Assembly: GCA_024231215.1 (NCBI GenBank)
Contig: JAAEQR010000072.1
Coordinates: forward strand, 129,210 to 193,209
Direction: 5' to 3'
Source: PVC group bacterium
GTDB lineage: Bacteria > Omnitrophota > Gorgyraeia > B26-G9
DNA: 64,000 nt
Position numbers and translations under genes: made by a program. Of the stretch, positions 38,265 through 48,062 are shown piece by piece (the stretch's first letter is position 1; each line of letters starts with the position of its first letter). The notes under the pieces were generated by a model. That model made no database searches. It saw only the letters and a list, made by a program, of their open reading frames with translations, and was not told where the DNA came from.

Positions 38265-39004
38265 ACAAAGGGGGTTCCGCGAACGAAGTGAAGCGCTACT
38301 TCCGGGCAATAAAGCAACATATTATGAATAAGAAATTAGGAATGAAGAAGCGGGCAGTGGTGTTATTGTCGGGAGGGTTGGATTCGGCAACAACACTCTA
38401 CTTTGCCCGAAAAAAAGGGTATGAAATATTCTGTCTTTGCTTTGATTATGGGCAGCGGCATAAGAAAGAAATAAAATTAGCGCAGAAGTTAGCGTGTGTT
38501 TCAGGAAGTAAATGGCAAATGGTTAAGTTTAGTATGCCCTGGACAAGTTCTTCGTTATTGGATAAAAAAAGATTGGTACCTAAAGATCGTGATTTTAATG
38601 GAGAAATTCCATCGACATATGTGCCGGCAAGAAATATTGTGTTTTTAAGTTTCGCTGCATCTTTTGCCGAAGCTGTTGGTGCAAGAGTTGTTTTTATCGG
38701 AGCAAATCAAATTGATTATTCCGGATATCCAGACTGTAGGGATGATTTCCTGAAAGCTTTTGAGCAAGCTTTACGCAAAGGAACGAAGAGCGGGGTGGAA
38801 GGCCGGAAGAAGATATCGATTATAGCGCCTTTGGTAAATAAAAATAAAGCCCAGATAATAAAAATGGCAAAAAAATTAGGAGTACCTCTTGAGCTTACGT
38901 GGTCTTGCTATAATGGCGGTAAATCACCTTGCGGTGTTTGTGATAGCTGTCGTCTTCGCAGTCATGGTTTTGAAAAAGCAAAAAGTAAAGATCCTGTGCA
39001 ATGA
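38261..39004 (+). CDS. queC: 7-cyano-7-deazaguanine synthase
   Basis: VVLLSGGLDSATT PP-loop and C-terminal CGVCDSCRLR zinc cluster. ATGA overlap with queD. The true start may be the internal ATG near 38339. Confidence 0.85.
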   Translation: MNKGGSANEVKRYFRAIKQHIMNKKLGMKKRAVVLLSGGLDSATTLYFARKKGYEIFCLCFDYGQRHKKEIKLAQKLACVSGSKWQMVKFSMPWTSSSLLDKKRLVPKDRDFNGEIPSTYVPARNIVFLSFAASFAEAVGARVVFIGANQIDYSGYPDCRDDFLKAFEQALRKGTKSGVEGRKKISIIAPLVNKNKAQIIKMAKKLGVPLELTWSCYNGGKSPCGVCDSCRLRSHGFEKAKSKDPVQ

Positions 39005-39687
39005 AGCTAACTGAGGGTAAAATTTCTGAGGTTTTTTTTAGTATACAAGGGGAAGGTCTTTATACTGGTACGCCGCATATTTTTGTTCGTTTTTTTGGCT
39101 GTAATATAGATTGTTCTTATTGCGACACGAAATTAACCAAATATAATATATATAATATCCGTTCATTGAAAAAGGCGGTAGATGCTTTAAAGCAAAGGTA
39201 TAACGCCAGATATATAAGTTTGACTGGTGGTGAGCCGTTGTTGCAGAACGACTTTATTTATAAGTTTTTAGGTCAAGTGGGTTTTAAAAAACAGTTTGTT
39301 TATCTGGAGACAAATGGTATACTATATCACAATTTCCAACTGATAAAAGACAGGGTTGATATAGTGGCTATGGATATAAAACTTCCGGATGCTGTAAATA
39401 AACAGGAGTTTTGGCCGGAGCATAAGAAGTTCTTAAAGTTGTGTTTAGATAAAGAAGTATTTGTGAAAATAGTAGTTACAGTATCAACTAAGCTGGCAGA
39501 TATAAAAAAGGCAGTTACGCTGATTAAAGAGGTTGATGAAAATATTCCATTAGTACTGCAGCCTAATTACTCAGAATGGACAGAAAAATTAATACGCAAA
39601 TGTAAGGAATTGCAAACAACAGCTTTGCATGATTTAAAAGATGTGAGGGTAATCCCTCAGATGCATAAAATAATGGGGTTAAGATAA
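39001..39687 (+). CDS. queE: 7-carboxy-7-deazaguanine synthase (radical SAM)
   Basis: IFFSIQGEGLYTGTPHIFVRFFGCNIDCSYCDT matches the QueE CxxxCxxC N-terminus. Confidence 0.85.
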   Translation: MKLTEGKISEVFFSIQGEGLYTGTPHIFVRFFGCNIDCSYCDTKLTKYNIYNIRSLKKAVDALKQRYNARYISLTGGEPLLQNDFIYKFLGQVGFKKQFVYLETNGILYHNFQLIKDRVDIVAMDIKLPDAVNKQEFWPEHKKFLKLCLDKEVFVKIVVTVSTKLADIKKAVTLIKEVDENIPLVLQPNYSEWTEKLIRKCKELQTTALHDLKDVRVIPQMHKIMGLR

Positions 39688-40100
39688 TGAGCCAAAAAGC
39701 TAAGAAAAAAAAGACAAATAGTGACTACGAAGGGTTGCAGAAATCAATTCGAAAATTAAAAACTCCGGAAATCGAAGTGTGGGAAAACCAGTATTGTGAT
39801 AAAGATTACTGGATAGAAATGGATGTCCCGGAATTTACCTGTATTTGTCCAAAGACAGGCTTGCCTGATTTTGCGATTATAAACATCGACTATCGTCCAA
39901 ATAAATACTGTATTGAGCTGAAATCATTCAAGTACTACATAAATAGCTATCGTAGTGTAGGAGTATTTCATGAACATGTTATAAATAAAATATTGGAAGA
40001 TTTTATAAAGGCAAGTAAGCCTCGGCAGGTGGTAATTACCGGCGAATTCAACTTGCGCGGAGGAATAAAAACTACAGTTTGCGCGGAATATAAAAAATAA
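39687..40100 (+). CDS. queF: NADPH-dependent 7-cyano-7-deazaguanine reductase (type I)
   Basis: EFTCICPKTGLPDF and SFKYYINSY motifs. 137 aa. Confidence 0.85.
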   Translation: MSQKAKKKKTNSDYEGLQKSIRKLKTPEIEVWENQYCDKDYWIEMDVPEFTCICPKTGLPDFAIINIDYRPNKYCIELKSFKYYINSYRSVGVFHEHVINKILEDFIKASKPRQVVITGEFNLRGGIKTTVCAEYKK

Positions 40101-40939
40101 TGAGAAAAATATCAGCAAAATTAATAAGTGAAACAGTTGATAAACTTGTGATTAAAGCAAATATGTCTTTAAGGCCGGATGTGCTTAAGGCCCTAAAGAC
40201 AGCTTTATCTCAGGAGAAAACAAATGCTGCGCGAAATGCTTTATCTGCTATTATTAAAAATGCATCAATTGCAAAAAAAGAAAAACTTGCTATCTGCCAG
40301 GATACCGGGATACCGATTATATTTGTAGAAATAGGTAATCGGGTGGTTGTAGGCGGTAATATTAGCGATATTATAAATGTTGCGATTGCGAAATCATACA
40401 GCAAAGCTTATTTAAGAGCTTCGATTCAGGCAGACCCTGTGTTTAGAAGTAAGAAACCTTCGTATACTCCAGGTATTGTGCATACAGATATTGTTGCAGG
40501 GGATAAGATGAGAATTACTATTTTACCCAAAGGTTTTGGTAGTGAAAATAAAGCCAGGGTAAAAATGCTGAATCCTACGGCTTCAATAAAGCAGATTGAG
40601 GATTTTATTGTTGATTCAGTAAGGATTGCCGGAGCCAATGCTTGTCCTCCATATATTATTGGAGTGGGGATAGGAGGAACACAGGATTTGGCCGGGTTAT
40701 TGGCTAAGAAGGCATTATTGCGTTCTATTGCAAAGGGAAACAGGGATAAAAAAATAGCATTATTAGAAAAGGGAATATTAGAAAAAATAAACGCGTTAAA
40801 AATTGGGCCGTTTGGGCTAGGCGGGAAGAATACTGCTTTAGCGGTAAATATACAGACTTATCCAACCCATATTGCCGGGTTACCAATAGCTGTGAATATT
40901 AGCTGTCATGCTTTGCGCAGTGCAAGCGAGATATTATGA
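40100..40939 (+). CDS. class I Fe-S fumarate hydratase (tartrate/fumarate hydro-lyase), alpha/N-terminal subunit
   Basis: ICQDTGIPIIFVEIG catalytic-region motif. Pairs with the downstream beta subunit. Confidence 0.75.
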   Translation: MRKISAKLISETVDKLVIKANMSLRPDVLKALKTALSQEKTNAARNALSAIIKNASIAKKEKLAICQDTGIPIIFVEIGNRVVVGGNISDIINVAIAKSYSKAYLRASIQADPVFRSKKPSYTPGIVHTDIVAGDKMRITILPKGFGSENKARVKMLNPTASIKQIEDFIVDSVRIAGANACPPYIIGVGIGGTQDLAGLLAKKALLRSIAKGNRDKKIALLEKGILEKINALKIGPFGLGGKNTALAVNIQTYPTHIAGLPIAVNISCHALRSASEIL

Positions 40940-41460
40940 AAAAACTGAACGGAATATTAGCAAAAAATAAAATTAAAGATTTGCGTTGTGGGCAGGAAGT
41001 ATTATATACAGGGATGATATATACAGCTCGTGATCAGGCACACAAACGTTTTAGTGAGATGTTGCGTAAAGGTAAAAAGTTGCCGGTGGATATAAAGGAA
41101 CAAATCATTTATTATTGCGGACCGAATCCTGCTGCAAAGGGAAAGGTTATTGGATCTTGCGGGCCGACAACATCAAGTCGCATGGATGAATTAACTCCGG
41201 TATTATTGAAAAACGGATTAAGAGCAATGATTGGCAAGGGGGAGCGTTCTAAAGAAGTAGTTGCGGCAATAAAACAATATAAAGCAGTTTATTTTACGAC
41301 CTATGCAGGGTGTGGAGCATTACTATCTGGCCGTGTGAAAAAGAAAAAAACTGTTTGTTTTAAAGATTTGGGAGCAGAGGCAGTATTTGCTTTAGAAGTC
41401 GAAGATTTTCCGTTGATTGTAGCGATTGATGCTTGTGGAGGTAACATTTATGACAAATAG
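40936..41460 (+). CDS. class I fumarate hydratase, beta/C-terminal subunit
   Basis: [15 protein letters not shown] ... YYCGPNPA pattern of FumA C-domain / TtdB. 174 aa. Stop overlaps the alpha-subunit gene. Confidence 0.75.
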   Translation: MKKLNGILAKNKIKDLRCGQEVLYTGMIYTARDQAHKRFSEMLRKGKKLPVDIKEQIIYYCGPNPAAKGKVIGSCGPTTSSRMDELTPVLLKNGLRAMIGKGERSKEVVAAIKQYKAVYFTTYAGCGALLSGRVKKKKTVCFKDLGAEAVFALEVEDFPLIVAIDACGGNIYDK

Positions 41461-42172
41461 AAGTTCAGATACATTAAGAGAAGTAAAAATCACCAGAAAT
41501 TTCATGAAACATGCTGATGGATCATGTTTAATTGAGATAGGTGATACCCGGGTAATTTGTACCGCAACTTGTGAAAATAAAGTCCCGCCTTTTTTAAAGG
41601 ATCAGGGAGTTGGATGGGTTACTGCAGAATATGGAATGTTACCAGGATCTTGTAAGGGCCGAATTCCTCGAGAATCAAGCCGGGGTAAAGTAGGAGGCAG
41701 AACGCAGGAAATTCAAAGGTTGATTGGCAGGTCATTGCGGGCGGTGATTGACTTTGAGAAATTAGGAGAAAGAACAGTTTGGATAGATTGTGATGTGATC
41801 CAGGCTGATGGCGGGACTCGTACGGCATCGATAACTGGCAGTTTTATTGCCTTAGTTGATGCTTTAGTTTCTTTGCAGCAAAATGGTAAGATAACTGTTT
41901 TGCCGGTGAAAGAATTTGTAGCTGCAACTAGCGTGGGTATTGTAAAGGGAGAGCCGGTGTTAGATCTGGATTATTCCCTTGATTCAACTGCTGATGTTGA
42001 TATGAATATAGTTATGACTTCGACCGGAAAGTTTATAGAAATTCAGGGGACGGCTGAAAAAGAACCTTTTGACCAAAAGCGTTTAAGGGAATTATTAGAC
42101 TTGGCCCAAAAAGGTATCAGCGAATTAATAGAGCAGCAGAGAAAAGTTTTAGACGGTATAAAGATAGGTTAA
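41450..42172 (+). CDS. rph: ribonuclease PH
   Basis: [31 protein letters not shown], collinear with RNase PH. ATG at 41450 overlaps the fumB stop. Confidence 0.85.
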   Translation: MTNRSSDTLREVKITRNFMKHADGSCLIEIGDTRVICTATCENKVPPFLKDQGVGWVTAEYGMLPGSCKGRIPRESSRGKVGGRTQEIQRLIGRSLRAVIDFEKLGERTVWIDCDVIQADGGTRTASITGSFIALVDALVSLQQNGKITVLPVKEFVAATSVGIVKGEPVLDLDYSLDSTADVDMNIVMTSTGKFIEIQGTAEKEPFDQKRLRELLDLAQKGISELIEQQRKVLDGIKIG

Positions 42173-42175
42173 ATT

Positions 42176-42778
42176 ATGGAAGTTGTTGTTTCCACTAGAA
42201 ATAAAGATAAGTTTAGAGAAATTAGCGAGATATTAGAGGACTCAAGTATTAAAACCGTAAGTCTTGAAGATTTTCCAGATGCTCCGATGGTAGAAGAAGA
42301 TGGTGATACCTTTGCGGATAACGCGGCTAAAAAAGCATTGGTGTTGGCTCGTTTTACTAAACGTTTTACTGTAGCAGATGATTCTGGACTTGAAGTTGAT
42401 TATTTAAACGGAGCTCCCGGAGTATATTCAGCTCGTTTCTCAGGAGTTGGGGCAACTTATCAAAGTAATAATGAGAAACTATTGCAAAGTTTAGAAGGAG
42501 TATCTGAGGAACAAAGAAAAGCTCGTTTTGTCTGCTGTGTTGCAATTGCAGATGAGCATGGTATAGTGGGGATTGTGGAAGGGGAGTCTCGCGGGATTAT
42601 AGATACGCAGCAAAGGGGAGATAACGGATTTGGATACGACCCTTTATTTATTAGTTTTGATTATAATCGGACATTTGCTGAATTGGATCCTTCCGAAAAA
42701 AACAAAATAAGTCATAGAGCAAAAGCTTTTGCCAAGGCAAAAGATGTTATTTTAAAATATATTAAGGAGAATTCATGA
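42176..42778 (+). CDS. rdgB: dITP/XTP pyrophosphatase (Ham1/RdgB)
   Basis: VVVSTRNKDKFREI ... DDSGLEVDYLNGAPGVYSARF ... FGYDPLF motifs. Confidence 0.85.
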   Translation: MEVVVSTRNKDKFREISEILEDSSIKTVSLEDFPDAPMVEEDGDTFADNAAKKALVLARFTKRFTVADDSGLEVDYLNGAPGVYSARFSGVGATYQSNNEKLLQSLEGVSEEQRKARFVCCVAIADEHGIVGIVEGESRGIIDTQQRGDNGFGYDPLFISFDYNRTFAELDPSEKNKISHRAKAFAKAKDVILKYIKENS

Positions 42779-44562
42779 AGCTTTACTTCAGATTGATTTC
42801 ATTTTTAAAACCTCATGCATTTGTTTTATTTCTGGCCGTGATTTTCATGCTTTTAGCTGCAGTTTTTGATAGTGTTTCTTTTACGGTACTTGTTCCTTTG
42901 AGTGATATTGTGCTTGGTCAGAATAAAATCATTTTTAATAAGCAGCTTCCGGCAGGTATAACAGCTATAGTAGAGAAAATGAACGAAATTCCACCGTTAA
43001 CGATGTTGAATATTATTGTGCCTATTTTACTGGTGGCATTTGTGTTAAAAGGGCTGTTTTTCTTTGCTCGTACGTATTTAACGACTAAACTTAGCCAAAT
43101 TGTTATTCGTGATATAAGAGATAAATTATATAATAAGATTCAAAATTTTTCTCTGGATTATTTTACCCAGAGTGCTACCGGGCATCTGGTTTCCCGGATT
43201 ACATATGATGTAGAAGTAATAAAGGGAGCGATATCAGTTGGTTTAACAGATATTGTATATCAAACATCTCTTTTAGTTTGTTTTTCGGTAATAGTTTTTT
43301 ACATAAACTGGAAGTGGGCATTGATGTCTATTGGGATATTGCCCTTAGTTATATACCCGATTTATAGTATTGGTAGAGTTATAAAAAAAATTAGTACTCA
43401 GGCTCAGGAAAAGATGGCTGAGTTAAACCGTAAATTGTTTGAGACGATTTCCGGAGTACGGATTGTAAAAGCTTTTTCCATGGAAGATTCGGAAATTAAA
43501 AAAGTAGCTGAACAGAATCATAGCTTTTACAAGATTATGATGCGTCTTCAGAAACGGGCGATAGTATTAGGTCCTCTTACACAGTTTATCGGGGCTTGCG
43601 GTGGAATACTGGTATTATATTACGGAGGCAGAGAGGTCATAAATCAACACATATCGTTTGGTATGTTTGTGCTTTTCTTAGGGGCATTGCTTTCATTAGT
43701 ACGTCCTTGTCGACGGTTAAGTGAAGTTTACGGGATCAATCAACAGGCAATAGCTGCGGCAAAAAGAATTTTCAATGTACTTGATACTCCCATAAAGGTG
43801 GTGGAATCTGAAGGGGCGGTTGATATTCCATTACTTAAAGATAGGATTGTTTTTGAAAATGTTGGATTTGGTTATGGCGATGAACTTGTTTTAAAAGATA
43901 TAGATTTAAAAATTAAAAAAGGAGAAGTTGTTGCTTTAGTAGGTGCAAGCGGTGTAGGCAAAACTAGTTTAGTCAATTTGATTCCGCGTTTTTATGATCC
44001 TACGAGTGGAAAAGTAGAGATTGACGGAATAGACATAAAAGATGTTAGCTTCAAATCTTTAAGAAAGCAGATTGGAATAGTTACGCAGGATCTGGTGCTT
44101 TTTAATACTACAGTTAAAAAGAACATTGCCTATGGTCGGGAAGATGCAAATGATGAGGATATTATTAAGGCCGCAAAAACCGCGGAGGCGCATGAATTCA
44201 TCATGGATTTACCGGAAGGGTATGATACGATAATTGGTGATATGGGGATGAAACTCTCTGGCGGGCAGAAACAGCGTTTAGCCATTGCTAGGGCTATTTT
44301 AAATAATCCCCCGATATTGATTTTAGATGAAGCGACCTCTCAATTGGATGCTGAATCAACTCGATTAGTGCAGGAAGCTTTGGATCATTTACTCGTAAAT
44401 AGAACGGGTTTTATTATCGCCCATCGTTTGGCTACCGTAAAGAAAGTTTCCCGGATTGTTGTTCTAGAAGGAGGACGCATTGTTGATCAAGGGACCCACG
44501 AGGAACTTCTGGTAAAATGTGATTTGTATAAGAGGCTTTCTAAACTTGAATTTCTAATTTAA
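42775..44562 (+). CDS. ABC transporter permease/ATPase fusion, MsbA-like lipid exporter
   Basis: Six-TM N-domain. Walker A GASGVGKTS, ABC signature LSGGQKQR, Walker B ILILDEATS. Confidence 0.8.
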   Translation: MKLYFRLISFLKPHAFVLFLAVIFMLLAAVFDSVSFTVLVPLSDIVLGQNKIIFNKQLPAGITAIVEKMNEIPPLTMLNIIVPILLVAFVLKGLFFFARTYLTTKLSQIVIRDIRDKLYNKIQNFSLDYFTQSATGHLVSRITYDVEVIKGAISVGLTDIVYQTSLLVCFSVIVFYINWKWALMSIGILPLVIYPIYSIGRVIKKISTQAQEKMAELNRKLFETISGVRIVKAFSMEDSEIKKVAEQNHSFYKIMMRLQKRAIVLGPLTQFIGACGGILVLYYGGREVINQHISFGMFVLFLGALLSLVRPCRRLSEVYGINQQAIAAAKRIFNVLDTPIKVVESEGAVDIPLLKDRIVFENVGFGYGDELVLKDIDLKIKKGEVVALVGASGVGKTSLVNLIPRFYDPTSGKVEIDGIDIKDVSFKSLRKQIGIVTQDLVLFNTTVKKNIAYGREDANDEDIIKAAKTAEAHEFIMDLPEGYDTIIGDMGMKLSGGQKQRLAIARAILNNPPILILDEATSQLDAESTRLVQEALDHLLVNRTGFIIAHRLATVKKVSRIVVLEGGRIVDQGTHEELLVKCDLYKRLSKLEFLI

Positions 44563-44582
44563 TCCTTTTTTATAAAAAACAC

Positions 44583-44610
44583 TTGAAATATAAAAATAGT
44601 ATGGTATATT
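44583..44610 (+). promoter_or_regulatory. candidate rpsB promoter
   Basis: TTGAAA, 16-nt spacer, TGgTATATT. Confidence 0.35.
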
Positions 44611-44628
44611 ATTATGATAATTTTATAT

Positions 44629-44653
44629 ATGGGCGGACGCACGGTCCGCCCAT
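44629..44653 (+). promoter_or_regulatory. GC-rich 10-bp hairpin in the rpsB leader
   Basis: ATGGGCGGAC-gcacg-GTCCGCCCAT. No following U-tract. Lies about 40 nt upstream of the rpsB start. Confidence 0.35.
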
Positions 44654-44694
44654 ACAATAAATAATAATGAATTGTTTTCGAAAGGAGGACAAAA

Positions 44695-45555
44695 TTGACA
44701 GTGGTTTCCATTAAACAGCTATTAGAAGCGGGGGTTCATTTTGGTCACCAGACAAGGCGCTGGAATCCGAAAATGGCGAAGTATATTTTTGGTGAGCGTA
44801 ACGGTATTTATATCATAGACTTGGAAAGGACAGAGCAGGAACTTGATCAGGCGTACCAGTTCTTAAGCAAAACTGTTTCCAAAGGCGGATATGCACTATT
44901 TGTCGGGACTAAAAAACAAGCACAACAAGCAATTGTTAACGAGGCTACCCGCTGTGAAATGTTCTATGTTGAACAGCGCTGGTTAGGAGGGACCCTGACC
45001 AATTTTGAAACTATACGTAAGAGTGTTAAACGTCTTGATGAACTAGAAAAGATGAGAGATGACGGCACTTTTGATAAGTTGACTAAAAAGGAAGTGACTT
45101 TACTCAAGAAAGAAATGTCTAAATTAATAAAGAATTTGGGCGGGATAAGAAAAATGAATAAACTTCCCGGGGCTGTCTTTGTTGTTGATGTAAAGAAAGA
45201 AGAGACAGCGGTAAAAGAAGCTCGCAGACTGAAAATTCCGGTTATTGGAATTGTTGATACCAATTCTGATCCGGACGTCATTGATTATGTAATACCAGGT
45301 AATGATGATGCAATTAAATCCATTAGATTGATTTGTTCGGCTATGGCTGAAGCAGTGCTTACTGGAAAGAAAAATATTAAAGCGCCAGAACCGGCAGCAG
45401 AAGAGAAAGCAGTGGCACCGGCAGTAACTGATGCAAAGAAAGATAAGGTTACCAAGGAAACTAAAAAACCTGTAATTAAGGCTAAAAGTAATAAGGAAGA
45501 AAAAAGTACGGATGCTAAAAAAGCATCAAAAAGCAAACGAAAGGAAGTAAAATGA
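44695..45555 (+). CDS. rpsB: 30S ribosomal protein S2
   Basis: [29 protein letters not shown] start, 6 nt after AAAGGAGG. Confidence 0.9.
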   Translation: MTVVSIKQLLEAGVHFGHQTRRWNPKMAKYIFGERNGIYIIDLERTEQELDQAYQFLSKTVSKGGYALFVGTKKQAQQAIVNEATRCEMFYVEQRWLGGTLTNFETIRKSVKRLDELEKMRDDGTFDKLTKKEVTLLKKEMSKLIKNLGGIRKMNKLPGAVFVVDVKKEETAVKEARRLKIPVIGIVDTNSDPDVIDYVIPGNDDAIKSIRLICSAMAEAVLTGKKNIKAPEPAAEEKAVAPAVTDAKKDKVTKETKKPVIKAKSNKEEKSTDAKKASKSKRKEVK

Positions 45556-46145
45556 CGGTTTCTGCGGAACTTGTAAAACAATTAAGAGATAAAACAAATG
45601 CTGGATTTATGGATTGTAAAAAAGCTTTGGCTGAGACCAAAGGTGATCTGGACAAAGCAGTTGATATTTTGCGTAAAAGAGGAGTTGCGGTAGCGGCTAA
45701 AAAGTCAAGTCGTACAGCAAAAGATGGGTTGGTTCAGTCATATATCCATATGGGTGGTAAAATAGGAGTATTAGTTGAAATTAACTGTGAAACTGATTTT
45801 GTAGCTAGAAATGAAAGTTTTCAGCAGTTTGTAAAAGATGTTGCAATGCATGTAGCTGCAGCTAATCCACAGTATCTTAAGCCAGAAGATGTTCCGGCTG
45901 AAATCATCGAAAAAGAAAAAGAAATTATGGCGGGACAGGCTCCGGATAAACCAGCACACATTTTAGAAAAAATGCTTGTTGGGAAATTAAATAAATTTTA
46001 TGCGGAAGTTTGCCTTTTAGAGCAGCCGTTTGTTAAAGATGATAAGATGAAGATAAAAGATTATCTTAATTCTGTAATTGCCAATATCGGAGAAAATATT
46101 TTAATTAGAAGATTTACCCGTTATCAGTTAGGGGAGGAGCTTTAA
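45552..46145 (+). CDS. tsf: elongation factor Ts
   Basis: [23 protein letters not shown]-like N-terminus of EF-Ts. 197 aa. Confidence 0.9.
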   Translation: MTVSAELVKQLRDKTNAGFMDCKKALAETKGDLDKAVDILRKRGVAVAAKKSSRTAKDGLVQSYIHMGGKIGVLVEINCETDFVARNESFQQFVKDVAMHVAAANPQYLKPEDVPAEIIEKEKEIMAGQAPDKPAHILEKMLVGKLNKFYAEVCLLEQPFVKDDKMKIKDYLNSVIANIGENILIRRFTRYQLGEEL

Positions 46146-46147
46146 TC

Positions 46148-46867
46148 TTGAAGAAGAAACCGGCTTACCGTCGTGTAGTTTTAAAACTTAGTGGTGAGGC
46201 TCTTCAGAATGTAAAAACAGGATTTGGTATAGACGCTGGCGTTCTTTTATCTATTGGAAAACAGCTTAAAGAAATCAAGGAATTGGGTTTAGAAATCGCC
46301 ATTGTTGTTGGCGGAGGTAATATATTTCGCGGGACCTCAACTATAGGTAGAGCAATTGACCGTTCCACAGCAGATTATATGGGAATGCTGGCGACAGTTA
46401 TTAATAGTTTAGCATTACAGGATGCATTAGAAAAACTTGGTGTTCGTACCCGAGTGCAAACAGCGATTGAATTGAAAGCATTAGCAGAACCGTATATTCG
46501 CAGACGCGCAGTACGACACTTGGAAAAAGGCAGGATAATAATTTTTGCTGCAGGGACGGGTAACCCTTATTTTACGACAGATACAGCTGCGGCTCTAAGG
46601 GCAGTAGAAATTAATGCTGACGTAATTTTGAAGGCAACTAAGGTTGATGGTGTGTATTCGGACGACCCGATAAAGAATAAAAAAGCAAAAAAATTCAAAA
46701 AGCTTAATTACATTGATGTTTTACATAAGAATTTAAAAGTTATGGATGGGACAGCAATTGCGCTGTGCCGGGATAACAATTTGCCGATTATTGTGTTTAA
46801 CCTGTTTAAAAAAGATAATATTAAAAAAGTTATCTTAGGTGACCACATCGGTACATTAGTCGAATAA
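46148..46867 (+). CDS. pyrH: UMP kinase
   Basis: [13 protein letters not shown] ... [11 protein letters not shown] motifs. TTG start. Confidence 0.9.
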   Translation: MKKKPAYRRVVLKLSGEALQNVKTGFGIDAGVLLSIGKQLKEIKELGLEIAIVVGGGNIFRGTSTIGRAIDRSTADYMGMLATVINSLALQDALEKLGVRTRVQTAIELKALAEPYIRRRAVRHLEKGRIIIFAAGTGNPYFTTDTAAALRAVEINADVILKATKVDGVYSDDPIKNKKAKKFKKLNYIDVLHKNLKVMDGTAIALCRDNNLPIIVFNLFKKDNIKKVILGDHIGTLVE

Positions 46868-46886
46868 GATATAGGAGATTAGTGGA

Positions 46887-47447
46887 ATGAGTGCAAAAGA
46901 GATACTTACTAAGTCAGAAGATAAGATGGGGAAATCTGTTGAAGTATCAACCAGGGAGTTTAGTACTATAAGAACCGGCAGGGCAAGTGCGGCGTTGGTA
47001 GAAGGTATTCGAGTGGATTATTATGGAACTCCGACTCCTTTAAAACAGCTAGCTGGTGTTTCTACTCCGGAAGCGCGTTTGATTGTAATTCAGCCATGGG
47101 ATCCATCTTGTATTGGCGATATTGAGAAAGCTATTTTAAAGTCAGAATTGGGTATTACTCCATCTAATGATGGGAAAGTAATTCGTTTAAGTGTACCGCC
47201 CTTGACTAAAGAACGCAGAGCGGAGCTGGTTAAGGTTGTTCATAAGCTAACTGAGGAAGGCCGTATTTCGATACGTGGTGTTAGACGAGAGGCAAATGAA
47301 CAGATAAAGCAGGAAGAAAAAAAGAGTAGTATTACCGAAGACGAAAGTTTTAAAGCTCAGGAAGATGTCCAAAAGCTTACGGATAAATATATAAAGCAGT
47401 TAGAAGATTTTTCAAAGAAAAAAGAATCTGAAATAATGGAAGTTTAA
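46887..47447 (+). CDS. frr: ribosome recycling factor
   Basis: Collinear with RRF (…EFSTIRTGRASAALVEGIRVDYYG…). 186 aa. Confidence 0.9.
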   Translation: MSAKEILTKSEDKMGKSVEVSTREFSTIRTGRASAALVEGIRVDYYGTPTPLKQLAGVSTPEARLIVIQPWDPSCIGDIEKAILKSELGITPSNDGKVIRLSVPPLTKERRAELVKVVHKLTEEGRISIRGVRREANEQIKQEEKKSSITEDESFKAQEDVQKLTDKYIKQLEDFSKKKESEIMEV

Positions 47448-47453
47448 ATGTGT

Positions 47454-47529
47454 GGGCCGCTAGCTCAGTTGGCAGAGCATCGCCCTTTTAAGGCGGGTGT
47501 CGAAGGTTCGAGCCCTTCGCGGCTCACCA
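47454..47529 (+). tRNA. tRNA-Lys (anticodon TTT)
   Basis: Acceptor GGGCCGC/GCGGCTC. Anticodon stem TCGCC/GGCGG with loop CTTTTAA. T-loop TTCGAGC. Encoded CCA. Confidence 0.85.
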
Positions 47530-47683
47530 TATTAATACTTCCAAGGGTTCGAATCGAAGTTGAACGCCGAGCAAGTGCGAGGAAAAGCGAGCAGGACTGT
47601 GAGCGGCAGTGAAACGAGGCGGGCCTGCGCAGCTCTCAACAGGAAGTTGTGAGCGTAGTAGGCGAGCCCTTCGCGGCTCACCA
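47530..47683 (+). repeat. tRNA-associated GC-rich element X (copy 1, ~133 nt) plus 21-nt duplicate of the tRNA-Lys 3' end (positions 56-76)
   Basis: CGAGCCCTTCGCGGCTCACCA(TA) occurs at the end of tRNA-Lys and again at 47663-47683. The intervening sequence is about 90% identical to the element after tRNA-Val. Confidence 0.8.
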
Positions 47684-47696
47684 TACATTCTGTTGC

Positions 47697-47774
47697 GTCC
47701 CCATCGTCTAGCCAGGTCTAGGACAGTAGATTTTCGATCTACCGACAGGGGTTCAAATCCCCTTGGGGACGCCA
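47697..47774 (+). tRNA. tRNA-Glu (anticodon TTC)
   Basis: Acceptor GTCCCCA/TGGGGAC + G. Anticodon stem GTAGA/TCTAC with loop TTTTCGA. T-loop TTCAAATCC. Collinear with typical bacterial tRNA-Glu. Confidence 0.8.
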
Positions 47775-47782
47775 AAAAATTA

Positions 47783-47812
47783 AGGTCACTCGAAAGAGTG
47801 GCCTAATTTTTT
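47783..47812 (+). terminator. rho-independent terminator after the tRNA-Lys/tRNA-Glu cluster (A-tract upstream, possibly bidirectional)
   Basis: AGGTCACTC-gaaa-GAGTGGCCT followed by AATTTTTT. Confidence 0.6.
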
Positions 47813-47984
47813 GTTCGGACACAAGGGGATGGTCAAAAGGGTCTACGGGGAAAAGACTGTTTTTCCCGTTCGGCGTACTGGAGCCCAAAACGGAAAGAAA
47901 AGGAACAGCGACCGAAGGGAGCGATAGGGAAAAACCATAAGGGTTTTTCTCTATGGAGTGATCTCGCCAAAGGCGGGAGAACGA

Positions 47985-48062
47985 CTCCCCTGGGGACGTT
48001 GATTGCTTATTGCGAAATCACGACGTTCAAATCCCCTTGCGACACGACCCCCTGGGGACGTC
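47985..48062 (+). repeat. scattered partial duplicates of the tRNA-Glu 3' end
   Basis: CTCCCCTGGGGACG and GTTCAAATCCCCTT...CCCCTGGGGACGTCA match the tRNA-Glu T-arm/acceptor (GGGGTTCAAATCCCCTTGGGGACGCCA). Confidence 0.6.

Noticed and set aside
47590-47625. Hammerhead-like CUGUGAG ... GAAAC motif inside element X
   Set aside because: It lacks the conserved A6 of the CUGANGA core and has no compatible stem II/III arrangement, so it is not a hammerhead ribozyme.
47524-47806. ORFs on both strands spanning tRNA-Lys, element X and tRNA-Glu (83 aa minus, 65 aa plus)
   Set aside because: They run through tRNA genes and the GC-rich structured element. The Arg/Pro/Ala-rich translations are the usual artefact of GC-rich RNA genes.
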